This document shows, one piece after another, positions 1-9,607 of a DNA stretch of 64,000 bases. Under the pieces are notes generated by a model. That model worked only from the letters and a program-made list of their open reading frames with translations, searched no databases and was not told the origin of the DNA. The stretch's first letter is position 1, and each line of letters opens with the position of its first letter. The DNA comes from Pseudomonadota bacterium (lineage in GTDB: Bacteria; Pseudomonadota; Gammaproteobacteria; Burkholderiales; Burkholderiaceae_C). The stretch lies in NCBI GenBank assembly GCA_029561195.1, contig JAKQJK010000240.1, positions 2,240 to 66,239 of the forward strand, in the 5' to 3' direction. Position numbers and translations under genes: made by a program.

Positions 1-2953
1 TGCCGCCCACAATGACCCAACCAATCTGGCGACGGCTCTCCGCACCTGCACCCGAGGCAAGCGCCAACGGCACTGCGCCCAGCACCATCGCTCCAGTGGT
101 CATCATGATGGGGCGCAAACGCTGGGTGGCGGACTGCTTGATGGCTTGCAAAGTGTCCAGCCCCTGCTCGCGCAGCTGATTGGCAAACTCCACAATCAAA
201 ATACCGTGCTTGGTAATCAAGCCTACGAGCGTGATTAGACCAATCTGGCTAAACACATTGAGTGTCCCGCCCGACCACTTCAAGGCAATCAACGCACCCG
301 CCATTGACAGAGGCACGCTAAGCAAAATGACAAATGGGTCGACAAAACTTTCAAACTGAGCCGCCAGCACCAGAAAAATGAATACCAGTGCCAGAACGAA
401 CACCAGTGACAAAGAATCAGACGACTTCCGGAACTCGCGACTGGATCCATTCAGGTCGGTTGCATAGCCAGGCTTGAGAACCTTCCTGGCTGTTGCATCC
501 ATGAAATCCAGCGCTTCGCCCACGGAGTAGTCTGCAGACAGATTGGCCGTAATGGAGGCCGAGCGCCGCTGCCCGAAATGGTTGAGTTCCCGCGGCACCA
601 CCACTTCCCGAATCTTGACCAGCGCCGACAGCGGAATCATCGCGTCATTTTTTCCTCGCACAAAAAGTTTCTCAATGTCGTCCGGTGTATCCCGCCCCGT
701 TGGGTTGGTCTGCACGATTACATCGTATTGCTCACCTTCCCGCTTGTAGCGGGTGACGTTCCGGCCGCCCAGCATGGTCTCCACTGCGCGCGCAATAGCA
801 TCGACGCCAACACCCATGTCAGCAGCACGTTCACGGTCTACCTCAAGTTTGATCTCGGGCTTGTTCAGACGCAAATCGGAATCGACCTGAACAAACCCCG
901 GGTTCTTCGCCAACTCGTCCTGAAACACGCGGACGGTCTGGGCCAGATTCTGGTAGCTCTCGGAAGTGATGATCACAAAATTGATGGGCCGCTGGGTAAA
1001 GCCCTGGCCCAGCGATGGCGGGGTAATTGGGAAGGCTGTCACACCAGACAGGCTGGACACGCGCGGCGTCATTTCCCGGGCCATCTCCAGCGTGGTTTTT
1101 TTACGCTCTTCCCATGGCAGAGCCCGAAAGAAGATATTGCCCTGGGCCACGGTTGGGTTGCCAACAGTCGCAAAAACACGATCAAATTCCGGAAAATTCT
1201 GCCCGACCCGCTCAATCGCCAAAGCGTAGCGATTGGTGTAATCCAGCGTTGCGCCGTCAGGCCCGTTGATCTGTGCAACCACCACACCCCGGTCTTCAAT
1301 AGGCGACAGCTCGCGTTTGATATCGGCTTGCACAACATAGGAAACCACACCACTTCCCACCATCACCAGCAACACCACCCAGCGGTGCCGGAGTGTCCAG
1401 CCGAGAACGCGCGCGTAGCCGCGTGTCACCGCCTGCAGGACGTTCTCCATACCCCGGTCAAAACGGGAAGGTTTGGGGTTATGCCGCAGAAGGACCGACG
1501 ACAGCATGGGCGACAGCGTTAACGCGACAACACCCGACACCACCACGGCACCCGCAAGCGCCAGTGCAAACTCAGTAAACAGGCGACCCGTACGACCCGG
1601 CGCAAAGGCCAGCGGCGCATAAACGGCCACCAGCGTCATGGTCATCGCGACGATGGCAAAGCCCACTTCCCGCGCACCCTTGATTGCGGCCTGAAACGGC
1701 GCCATGCCTTCTTCAATGTGCCGGTAGATGTTCTCCAGCATTACGATGGCATCATCCACCACCAGACCAATCGCCAACACCAACGCCAGCAGCGTGAGGG
1801 TGTTGATGCTGAACCCGGCCAGCGCCATCAATGCAAACGCACCAATCAGGGCCACGGGAATTGTGATGAGTGGAATCAACGACGCACGCAGCGTGCGCAA
1901 AAACACAAAAATTACCAGTGCCACCAGCACCGACGCCTCAATAATGGTCTGGAACACAGCCTTGATGGACCTGTCGATAAACACGGAATTGTCGTTGGCG
2001 ATTTCGACCTGCACCCCCGGCGGCAAGTCCTTTTGAACCTTGGTCAGCAACTGGCGAACCCCTGCGGACAAATCCAGTGGGTTGGCCGTGGCCTGACGAA
2101 TCACGCCCAGCGCCACGGAGTCGCGCCCGTTCAGGCGAACACTGGAACGCTCATCGACCGGGCCCTGCTGCACACGCGCCACATCGGCAATCCGCACGGG
2201 CAATCCATTGACCGTACGAATAACCACCTGGGAGAATTCCTGCGGACGCTGCAAGTCGGTAGCCGCAGTCACATTGAATTCACGCTGCCTGCTCTCAATA
2301 CGTCCTGCGGGCACTTCCAGATTGGAGCGCCTAAGGGCATCCTCCAGATCCTGAATGGTCAGGCGATAAGCCGCCAGTTTGTCGGGGTCCACCCAGATTC
2401 TCATTGCAAACTTGCGCTCGCCAAACACGTTGACATCCGCAGCGCCTGGGGCTGTTTGCAAAACGGGTTTGACCAGAGAATTGGCCATTTCTGACAGTTG
2501 CAGCGAACTGTGGGTATCTGAACTGAGCGTCAGAAAGATGACCGGGAAAGCGTCAGCCTCCACCTTTGCAATGACAGGTTCGTCAATACCTTGCGGCAAG
2601 CGCTGGCGCACGCGAGAAACTTTGTCCCGCACATCAGCGGCGGCGGAATCGGCGTCACGGGCCAGGGAGAAACGGATTGAAATCTGACTGCGCTCCTGCC
2701 GGCTGGACGACGTGATGACGTCCACGCCTTCAATGCCGGCCAGCGAATCCTCCAGAACCTTGGTAACCTGCCCTTCCATCACCTCACTTGAAGCGCCACC
2801 AAACCGGGTCTGTACGGACACCACCGGCTCGTCAATTTTTGGGTACTCCCGAACGTTGAGCCGGTTGAATGACACGGCACCGATCAGCACGATCAACAGC
2901 GACAGTACCGTAGCAAAGACGGGGCGACGGATAGACGTTTCAGCGAGTTGCAT
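1..2953 (-). CDS. RND (HAE1, AcrB/MdtB-like) efflux permease, 3' end cut by window edge
   Basis: Absent from the ORF track because no stop lies in the window. My translation of the minus strand from ATG (2951-2953) gives MQLAETSIRRPVFATVLSLLIVLIGAVSFNRL... It stays open to base 1, ending ...RLRPIMMTTGAMVLGAVPLALASGAGAESRRQIGWVIVGG, the conserved C-terminal TM region of RND pumps. It starts 18 nt after the adaptor gene stop. Confidence 0.9.
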   Translation of the reverse strand, partial: MQLAETSIRRPVFATVLSLLIVLIGAVSFNRLNVREYPKIDEPVVSVQTRFGGASSEVMEGQVTKVLEDSLAGIEGVDVITSSSRQERSQISIRFSLARDADSAAADVRDKVSRVRQRLPQGIDEPVIAKVEADAFPVIFLTLSSDTHSSLQLSEMANSLVKPVLQTAPGAADVNVFGERKFAMRIWVDPDKLAAYRLTIQDLEDALRRSNLEVPAGRIESRQREFNVTAATDLQRPQEFSQVVIRTVNGLPVRIADVARVQQGPVDERSSVRLNGRDSVALGVIRQATANPLDLSAGVRQLLTKVQKDLPPGVQVEIANDNSVFIDRSIKAVFQTIIEASVLVALVIFVFLRTLRASLIPLITIPVALIGAFALMALAGFSINTLTLLALVLAIGLVVDDAIVMLENIYRHIEEGMAPFQAAIKGAREVGFAIVAMTMTLVAVYAPLAFAPGRTGRLFTEFALALAGAVVVSGVVALTLSPMLSSVLLRHNPKPSRFDRGMENVLQAVTRGYARVLGWTLRHRWVVLLVMVGSGVVSYVVQADIKRELSPIEDRGVVVAQINGPDGATLDYTNRYALAIERVGQNFPEFDRVFATVGNPTVAQGNIFFRALPWEERKKTTLEMAREMTPRVSSLSGVTAFPITPPSLGQGFTQRPINFVIITSESYQNLAQTVRVFQDELAKNPGFVQVDSDLRLNKPEIKLEVDRERAADMGVGVDAIARAVETMLGGRNVTRYKREGEQYDVIVQTNPTGRDTPDDIEKLFVRGKNDAMIPLSALVKIREVVVPRELNHFGQRRSASITANLSADYSVGEALDFMDATARKVLKPGYATDLNGSSREFRKSSDSLSLVFVLALVFIFLVLAAQFESFVDPFVILLSVPLSMAGALIALKWSGGTLNVFSQIGLITLVGLITKHGILIVEFANQLREQGLDTLQAIKQSATQRLRPIMMTTGAMVLGAVPLALASGAGAESRRQIGWVIVGG

Positions 2954-2971
2954 GGTGAGTGTCCAGTCTGT

Positions 2972-4573
2972 CTAGCGGCTGGCTGCAGTGGCTGGCATAG
3001 CCGCAGCAATAACGGCGGCAGACGCCCCACCCGAAGGCGCAGACGCAGCACCTTGTGGCGGACGCCCCAACTCAACAATGCGCAAGGCTGTCCCGTCGCG
3101 CTGCAGGCGCTGCTGGCCAGCCAACACCACTGTCTCGCCTTCTGCTACACCCTCGGTAATTTCCACTTTTCCTTGCCTGCGCACACCCAGCTTGACTTCT
3201 TGTCGCTGGGACACAAATTTCGTATCCGGGGGCAATGGTGTCGAACCATCGGCGGGTGTGGCGGGCGCATCAATAACTTTGAACACAAACTGGCGACCAC
3301 CCTGGGGAACAATTGCCTCTTCAGGTACAACCAGCGCAGAATCCTTGATGGAGAATACTGTTGTTACCCTTGCAAACATGCCAGGACGCAACGGAGCGGG
3401 AGTTCCGCTACCAGCGCCTGGGGTGCCACCAGCCACTGGACGAGCAGTACGGGGTACAGCTGAACCGCCAGCAGCCTGCGCTATGGCAGGGGCAGACGCG
3501 GAATCAACAGGGCATCCATTGGCATCGACCAGACCTCTGGCCGCCGGACGGCCTGGCGCCGATGCGCCCGGCTGACCTGATGTGCCTGCCCTGCCAGGCT
3601 GTCTGGCAGCTACCTGGCTCCTGACTGCCACAGGTTTGCCGCCAGCCGCCTTGGCGCCTGAAGCCGCACCAGTAGGCTTGACAGCAGCGCCGCCCTGCCC
3701 TGCAGCACCCGGGCGACCACCGCCCTGAGCCATGGGTTCGCCCATGGTGTTGGGCAAGACAGCACGCACACCGACAGATCGCCCGTTGGCGTCGAGCAGC
3801 GGGTCAATGGCTTCGATACGGGCCTTGAATGCGCGGCCAGGAAATGCGTCAAGCTGCAATTCAACACTTTGCTGCGGCCGCAATTTACCCTGAAAACGTT
3901 CAGGCAGGCGGAAGTCAACATACATGCTGCTGATGTCTTCCAAGTTGATCAGATCAGCGCCATCCTTGACGTAATCTCCTAGGTTGACATTACGGATACC
4001 GACCGTCCCGTCAAAGGGTGCGATGATGGCCATGCGGGAAAGCCGTGCGCACGAAAGTGCGAGCTGTGCTTCCACTACCTGCAAGTTGGCGGCACTCTCA
4101 TCCAGTACCCGTTGGGCAACAAAGTTCTGTGCCACCAGTTCCTGATTTCTCTTCAGATTGGCCTGGGCGATGGACACCTGTGCCTGAGCCTGTCGGATTT
4201 CGGCACGCTGCAACACGTCATCGAGTTGCACCAGCACCTGCCCTTTTCGCACACGTGCACCATCAGAAAAACCCAGTTCCTTTACCCGGCCCGCAACCTC
4301 TGGACGCATCATCACGCTCTGGCGGGACCGCAGGGAACCGACAGATTGAGCGTCGTCCTGCAATGAGGTTCTTTCCACCTTGGCCACCTCCACACCAGCC
4401 GCACGTGGTGCAGATGCAGCCCCGGCAGGAGTTCCTGCGGCATTGGCTGCGGAAGCCGGTGATCCTGTTATTTCTTTCGGCCCGGTGGGCCTGGACTGGT
4501 ACCACCAGGCGGCACCAGATGCCGCTGCGATACCGACTACTGCCACTACCGAATAAACTGCTTTGGAGGCCAT
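2972..4573 (-). CDS. efflux RND periplasmic adaptor (membrane-fusion protein) with long low-complexity insertion
   Basis: 533-aa ORF with an N-terminal membrane anchor, a coiled-coil hairpin (QAQAQVSIAQANLKRNQEL...ANLQVVEAQLA), and IIAPFDGTV and LRPGMFARV motifs typical of the HlyD/AcrA family. Lies immediately upstream of the RND permease. Confidence 0.85.
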   Translation of the reverse strand: MASKAVYSVVAVVGIAAASGAAWWYQSRPTGPKEITGSPASAANAAGTPAGAASAPRAAGVEVAKVERTSLQDDAQSVGSLRSRQSVMMRPEVAGRVKELGFSDGARVRKGQVLVQLDDVLQRAEIRQAQAQVSIAQANLKRNQELVAQNFVAQRVLDESAANLQVVEAQLALSCARLSRMAIIAPFDGTVGIRNVNLGDYVKDGADLINLEDISSMYVDFRLPERFQGKLRPQQSVELQLDAFPGRAFKARIEAIDPLLDANGRSVGVRAVLPNTMGEPMAQGGGRPGAAGQGGAAVKPTGAASGAKAAGGKPVAVRSQVAARQPGRAGTSGQPGASAPGRPAARGLVDANGCPVDSASAPAIAQAAGGSAVPRTARPVAGGTPGAGSGTPAPLRPGMFARVTTVFSIKDSALVVPEEAIVPQGGRQFVFKVIDAPATPADGSTPLPPDTKFVSQRQEVKLGVRRQGKVEITEGVAEGETVVLAGQQRLQRDGTALRIVELGRPPQGAASAPSGGASAAVIAAAMPATAASR

Positions 4574-4721
4574 TAAAAGTCTGCTCTTGTGAGATTGTTG
4601 AGGCGCCAGCCGACCCGTGAATGTAGCAGGACGGCTGCAATTCGGTGCGGCGCCACAAGGAACCCCAGACTTCCGGTCAAGTCTTTTACCGGAACTTTAC
4701 AAACGACGTTGACATGGGTGC

Positions 4722-5171
4722 TCAAGCACGGCCCAAGGCCTTCTCCACGCCTTTGTTGGCCAGCGCATCTGCCCGCTCGTTGCCCGGGTCACCGGAGTGA
4801 CCCTTGACCCAGCGCCAAACTATTTTGTGACCCGAAGACGCAACCAGAGCGTCCAGCTTTTGCCATAACTCTACGTTCTTGACAGGTTGCCTGGCTGCCG
4901 TTCGCCAGCCCCTCGCCTTCCAGCCCTGAATCCATTCGGTGATGCCCTTGCGTACGTATTCACTATCCAGATAAAGCGTCACGGCGCAGGGACGCTTGAG
5001 GGCGTCAAGCGCCTCAATCACAGCTGTCAGTTCCATGCGGTTATTGGTGGTGTCGAGCTCCCCGCCAAACAGTTCCTTGTTCACATGACCCTGCTTCAGC
5101 CATACCCCCCAGCCACCGGGGCCGGGATTACCCTTGCAGGCTCCATCGGTATAAATTTCAACGTGATTCAA
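4722..5171 (-). CDS. rnhA: ribonuclease HI
   Basis: 149 aa; [26 protein letters not shown] and [12 protein letters not shown] motifs. The start codon is TTG and overlaps the stop of the upstream methyltransferase (TTGA). Confidence 0.95.
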   Translation of the reverse strand: MNHVEIYTDGACKGNPGPGGWGVWLKQGHVNKELFGGELDTTNNRMELTAVIEALDALKRPCAVTLYLDSEYVRKGITEWIQGWKARGWRTAARQPVKNVELWQKLDALVASSGHKIVWRWVKGHSGDPGNERADALANKGVEKALGRA

Positions 5172-6004
5172 ACGCGTTCCTTGTCAGTTGTCCATTCGGA
5201 ATGACCGGCTTTTCGGACCTGATTCACCACCGAAACCGGCTTGCCCGCAACACTTTTACTGATTCTCCACGCGGGCTCCAGCAACCGCATGCCATGCACC
5301 CGCTTGACCGCCGACACGCAGTACACAGCGCCTAGTATGGGCCACCAGCGGTCTCCCAGGGGGTCCATCCAGGCATACCGGTCCAGCCACTTCTGGCTCT
5401 GCACTGCCGGGCGGTAGCATCCGAAATGGCCCGACTCGACTTCAAAGCTCAGCAAGCGAAGCCAGTCACGCAAACGCCAATAGCCAATGAACTCTCCCGC
5501 TTCGGGCAAATACAACTCGCCAAAGCCGAGGCGTTGATACAAATGACCCCGTCGCTGCCGCAATCCCCACAAGCTCGCCGGATTTAGACCGCATATCACG
5601 ACTCGGCCTTCCGGCACCAGCACCCGCTCCACCTCGCGAAGCGTGGCGTGTGGGTCCGTGTGCAGCTCCAGGGCATGCGGCAGCACCACCAGATCCAGAC
5701 TACCCGCTGGAAATGGCAATGCGGCAAAGTCGGTTACCAGGGCAGCAGAAACTTTATTGCCTTCTTCCACTATGGGGCTTTGTACTTCTGAAGGCCCCTG
5801 ATTCCTCCCAGCACCAGTAGCCAGCCAGCGATGGGGCATGCGGTTGCTTTGTAAAGCGTCAATTTCAGGCAAACCCAGTTGCAGAGCGTGGTACCCGAAA
5901 ACATCCGCCACTGCCGCGTCGAACTGCACACGCTCCCAATCGAGCAGGTAACGACCCGGCGGCGTCTGAAACCAGTCCTGCAAACCTATAATTTGACTGC
6001 TCAT
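5168..6004 (-). CDS. class I SAM-dependent methyltransferase (conserved rnhA/gloB neighbour)
   Basis: The ORF track gives 5168..6037. The internal ATG at 6004 ([21 protein letters not shown]...) is the more likely start and forms a CATG overlap with the divergent gloB ATG. The [10 protein letters not shown] region is methyltransferase-like. Confidence 0.75.
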   Translation of the reverse strand: MSSQIIGLQDWFQTPPGRYLLDWERVQFDAAVADVFGYHALQLGLPEIDALQSNRMPHRWLATGAGRNQGPSEVQSPIVEEGNKVSAALVTDFAALPFPAGSLDLVVLPHALELHTDPHATLREVERVLVPEGRVVICGLNPASLWGLRQRRGHLYQRLGFGELYLPEAGEFIGYWRLRDWLRLLSFEVESGHFGCYRPAVQSQKWLDRYAWMDPLGDRWWPILGAVYCVSAVKRVHGMRLLEPAWRISKSVAGKPVSVVNQVRKAGHSEWTTDKERV

Positions 6005-6770
6005 GAATCTGATACCGCTTCCTGCTTTTTCCGACAACTACATCTGGCTGCTGCACGATGGTCACAATGCCATCGTTGTGGACCCTGGTGACGCCCAACC
6101 CGTATTGAATGCCCTGCAGCAACATGGCTTGCAACTGGACGCGATTCTAGTCACGCATCACCATGCCGACCACGTTGGCGGCGTTAATACCTTGCGTGAA
6201 GCCACTGGGGCACGGGTGTGGGGGCCAGCGCGTGAACGCATTCCCGAGCCTCTGCATCGTCTGGAGCAAGGCGACAAAGTGGTTGAACTGGGCTTTGAGT
6301 TCAACGTGATGGACGTACCGGGTCACACTTCAGGGCACATTGCCTATTTCTGTCAGTCGATGGAAGGTTCACCCCTGCTTTTTTGCGGTGACACGCTTTT
6401 TTCAGGGGGGTGCGGGCGCCTTTTTGAAGGCACTCCCTCCCAAATGCTGACATCGCTGGATTCGCTGGCCGCTCTGCCCGGTAACACGCGGGTCTGTTGC
6501 ACCCACGAATACACGCTATCCAATTTGAAATTTGCGCGGGCCGTGGAACCGGGCAATGTCGAATTGACTCTATACAGTGCCTGGTGTGAAAAGCAACGCG
6601 CAAATGGACAACCCACGCTGCCGTCTTCCATCACCAAAGAACTTTTGATCAACCCCTTTCTGCGTACCCGCCAGAGCACCGTTGTGGCACAGGCTGTTGC
6701 GCGTCAAGCCAATGGACAAGACGAAGTGGCCGTTTTTGCTGCCATCCGTCAATGGAAAAACGAGTTTTAA
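6003..6770 (+). CDS. gloB: hydroxyacylglutathione hydrolase (glyoxalase II)
   Basis: 255 aa; SDNYIWLL and the metallo-beta-lactamase motif THHHADHVGG. Confidence 0.93.
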   Translation: MNLIPLPAFSDNYIWLLHDGHNAIVVDPGDAQPVLNALQQHGLQLDAILVTHHHADHVGGVNTLREATGARVWGPARERIPEPLHRLEQGDKVVELGFEFNVMDVPGHTSGHIAYFCQSMEGSPLLFCGDTLFSGGCGRLFEGTPSQMLTSLDSLAALPGNTRVCCTHEYTLSNLKFARAVEPGNVELTLYSAWCEKQRANGQPTLPSSITKELLINPFLRTRQSTVVAQAVARQANGQDEVAVFAAIRQWKNEF

Positions 6771-8350
6771 TGACCAACTTTCGTACCCACTTTCGAATTT
6801 TGGGCTTGAGCAGCCTGCTCTGGCTAGTTGGCTGTGCCAGCACCGCCATTAGCACCAGCTCACCAACCAGCGCTGATACAACCACAAGCCCGCAAACCAG
6901 CACTGCACCGGCTGGTGCGCCTGACACATCGGCCGTCAGCAAGGTACCTGCGACACCTGTACCTGGCGCGGCCATCAGCACCCAGACAACCGGCCCGGAT
7001 CAAAACGTCGCCTCTGCCCAGGTGAGCAGCCGTTCTGTAGCCTTGACCCAGCCGCCCGCCGATTTGTGGGAGCGCATCCGCCGCGGATTTGCCATGCCGG
7101 ATCTGGAACATGAACTGGTCCGTGACCGCGAGCAGTGGTATGTGACCCGGCCAGACTACATCTTCCGCATGACGGAACGTTCGCGCAAATACCTGTTCCA
7201 TATCGTTGAAGAACTGGAGCGGCGCGACATGCCGACTGAGTTGGCCCTGCTGCCCTTCATTGAAAGCGCGTTCAACCCGCAGGCGGTTTCCAGTGCCAAA
7301 GCCGCGGGCATGTGGCAGTTCATGCCTGCAACAGGGAAACACTTCGAACTCAGGCAGAACGTGTTTCGTGACGACCGGCGCGACGTGCTGGCCTCCACGC
7401 GGGCTGCGCTGGACTACCTGCAGAAATTACACAACATGTTTGGTGACTGGCATCTGGCTCTGGCGGCTTACAACTGGGGGGAAGGCAGCGTAGCGCGGGC
7501 CATCGCGAAAAACAAGCGTGCGGGACTGGGTACCTACTATGCCGCGCTGGGCATGCCTGCCGAAACACGCCTGTACGTTCCCAAGCTGCAGGCCGTGAAA
7601 AACATCGTGGCCAACCCGCAAAACTTCAATGCCAGATTGCCTGATATCGAGAACCACCCCTATTTTCAGTCCGTTGACATCACGCGCGATCTGGATGTTG
7701 CACTGGCAGCGCAACTGGCTGAAATCCCACTTGAGGACTTCAAGGCGCTGAATCCTTCAGCCAACCGCCCCGTCATTCTGGCGGCTGGCACACCACAGAT
7801 CCTGCTGCCGTGGGACAACGCCATCATTTTTCAGACGAATCTCAAAGCCCGTAGCAACAGCCGCCTTGCCAGCTGGACCGCCTGGACAGCACCGTCCACC
7901 ATGAAGGTGGCTGACGCCGCCAAACGGGTGGGCATGCATGAGAGCCAGCTCATGTCCATCAACAATATCCCGCCCCGAATGCTGATCAAGGTGGGGTCCA
8001 CCCTGCTGGTGCCCCGCTCGGAGGGCATGTCCAAAGATGTGTCGGAGCATGTGGCAGACAACGGCCACATGGCGCTTGCGCCAGAAGTTGTGTTGCGCCG
8101 CAGTACGCTCAAGGCCCGCAAAGGCGAATCCGTGGCAACCATTGCCAAACGCTACAAAGTCAGTGCGGCCAGCGTGGCTGAATGGAACAAGGTAGGCAGT
8201 TCTGCCATCTTCAAGACAGGGCAGCAGATTGTGGTTTTCCTGCCAGCGCGCGCCAAGCAGGTTGCGCGGATCAGATCGGGCACCAACAATATGCAGACGA
8301 TCAAGACAGCACGGCGCGCGGTCGTCATCCAGAAGAAAAAGCGCAAATAA
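6752..8350 (+). CDS. mltD: membrane-bound lytic murein transglycosylase D-like lipoprotein with LysM repeats
   Basis: Lipobox LWLVGC; SLT catalytic region LLPFIESAFNPQAVSSAKAAGMWQFM; two C-terminal LysM-like repeats. An alternative start at 6770 (TAATG overlap with the gloB stop) gives MTNFRTHF... Confidence 0.88.
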   Translation: MEKRVLMTNFRTHFRILGLSSLLWLVGCASTAISTSSPTSADTTTSPQTSTAPAGAPDTSAVSKVPATPVPGAAISTQTTGPDQNVASAQVSSRSVALTQPPADLWERIRRGFAMPDLEHELVRDREQWYVTRPDYIFRMTERSRKYLFHIVEELERRDMPTELALLPFIESAFNPQAVSSAKAAGMWQFMPATGKHFELRQNVFRDDRRDVLASTRAALDYLQKLHNMFGDWHLALAAYNWGEGSVARAIAKNKRAGLGTYYAALGMPAETRLYVPKLQAVKNIVANPQNFNARLPDIENHPYFQSVDITRDLDVALAAQLAEIPLEDFKALNPSANRPVILAAGTPQILLPWDNAIIFQTNLKARSNSRLASWTAWTAPSTMKVADAAKRVGMHESQLMSINNIPPRMLIKVGSTLLVPRSEGMSKDVSEHVADNGHMALAPEVVLRRSTLKARKGESVATIAKRYKVSAASVAEWNKVGSSAIFKTGQQIVVFLPARAKQVARIRSGTNNMQTIKTARRAVVIQKKKRK

Positions 8351-8370
8351 ACTTAGTATTAAATAGCACT

Positions 8371-8415
8371 CTAGCTCACGTGAAATGTGCGTCAGTAGCT
8401 ATTCAATTTATAGCA
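8371..8415 (+). repeat. 45-bp AT-rich dispersed repeat, copy A (intergenic, between convergent genes)
   Basis: ctagctcacgtgaaatgtgcgtcagtagctattcaatttatagca. 34/45 identical to reverse-complemented copy E and 34/45 to copy D by hand alignment. Contains the GCTAT(n)ATAGC inverted core. Confidence 0.75.
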
Positions 8416-8434
8416 TGCAAGCGCGAATTAGAGA

Positions 8435-9481
8435 TCAAGCCTTGAATTTGGCTTTGGCTTTTCGGGAAAATTCGTTGGTGAAAGTCTTTGCCAGATCAAT
8501 CTTGTCAGCATTCAGCGTCGGCTCAAAACTGCCCAAAGCCTTTAGCGCAACCCTGGCACCGTCTTCCGGTATCAGACCATCCAGAGCAATGGCTTCTCGC
8601 ACCTTGTCGAACGAAGCGAGATACAGGCCACGGTCACCCAGCAAATAGGCTTCTGGCACCGTCTTCATCAAGTCGCTGGGGCCTGCCGTTTGCAGCCACT
8701 TCAGACTGTGAACGATGGCGTTCGCAAGCGCCTGCGCCGTGTTGGGATTTTTTTCCAGAAACACTGTGGGCGCGTAAAGGCAGCCAGCAGGCATCGCCCC
8801 GCCAAACACTTCAACCGTACCCTTGAGCGTACGCGTATCGGCAATCACCCGAATGTCGCCTTTCTGTTCCAGCATGGTCATCACCGGGTCCGAGTTGCAC
8901 ACGGCATCCACCTGGCCGGACCTTATTGCCGCCAGAGCACTCACACCCGTGCCAACGCCCACAAAGGTAACCTCACCGGGTTTGATGCCGCCACGTGAAA
9001 GCACTAGACTGGCCACCATGTTTGTGGAAGAGCCGGGTGCGGAAACCCCAATCTTCTTGCCCCGCAGATCAGCCAGCCCCCTGTAGGCGGGTAAGGTCTT
9101 GCGGGATACCCCCAGCGCAATCTGGGGCGCCCGCCCCTGCAGCACAAACGCCTGGAAAAACTGGTTTTTAGCTTGCAAGGCGATGGTGTGCTCAAAAGCA
9201 CCACTCACAACATCCGCCCCACCCTCCAAAGCGGACTGCAACGCCTGAGCACCACCGGCAAAATCGTTAATGACGACATCGAGGCCTTCGGCTTTGAAGA
9301 ATCCAAGTTGCTCGGCGATGGTCAGTGGCAATGCGTAAAAAGCCGCTTTCCCTCCCACGGCGATGACAACTTTTGCTTTTTCAACCCGGGCCTGGGCGCT
9401 CAAATCCCGAGAAGCCAGACACGCTGCAGCCAACCCCAAAGCAGAGGTGAACCTTCGCCGACTCAAAGACACCTGCCGCAT
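8435..9481 (-). CDS. ABC transporter substrate-binding protein (NMT1/SsuA/TauA-like), Tat signal
   Basis: 348 aa; twin-arginine leader MRQVSLSRRRFTSALGLAAACLA; overall periplasmic-binding-protein pattern. No permease or ATPase gene is adjacent. Confidence 0.7.
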   Translation of the reverse strand: MRQVSLSRRRFTSALGLAAACLASRDLSAQARVEKAKVVIAVGGKAAFYALPLTIAEQLGFFKAEGLDVVINDFAGGAQALQSALEGGADVVSGAFEHTIALQAKNQFFQAFVLQGRAPQIALGVSRKTLPAYRGLADLRGKKIGVSAPGSSTNMVASLVLSRGGIKPGEVTFVGVGTGVSALAAIRSGQVDAVCNSDPVMTMLEQKGDIRVIADTRTLKGTVEVFGGAMPAGCLYAPTVFLEKNPNTAQALANAIVHSLKWLQTAGPSDLMKTVPEAYLLGDRGLYLASFDKVREAIALDGLIPEDGARVALKALGSFEPTLNADKIDLAKTFTNEFSRKAKAKFKA

Positions 9482-9535
9482 ATTGATCCCTTGCTGATTT
9501 ATTTATTGCTGTTATGCAGCAAGCGTACCAAGTCA

Positions 9536-9573
9536 ACAAAAAACCCGCATCAGGAACTTCCCGAGCGGGTTTG
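9536..9573 (-). terminator. rho-independent terminator downstream of the MAPEG gene
   Basis: Stem aacccgc (9542-9548) / gcgggtt (9566-9572). On the minus strand it is followed by a U-run (plus-strand A-run 9537-9543). Confidence 0.6.
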
Positions 9574-9607
9574 TACTTAGGGGAAATTTTCAGCAATCAG
9601 CGCAAGC

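Noticed and set aside
578-2494. Plus-strand ORFs of 314 aa and 258 aa (578..1522 and 1718..2494) opposite the RND permease.
   Set aside because: The minus strand encodes a continuous, motif-perfect RND transporter. The plus-strand products are low-complexity Arg/His/Gln-rich shadow ORFs.
8182-8445. 87-aa ORF reading through repeat copy A. It yields LAHVKCASVAIQFIA, which resembles the peptides encoded by copies D and F.
   Set aside because: The ORF is mostly out-of-frame over the mltD 3' end and has no start context. The peptide similarity simply reflects DNA similarity of the repeat. It is noted as support for the repeat family, not as a gene.
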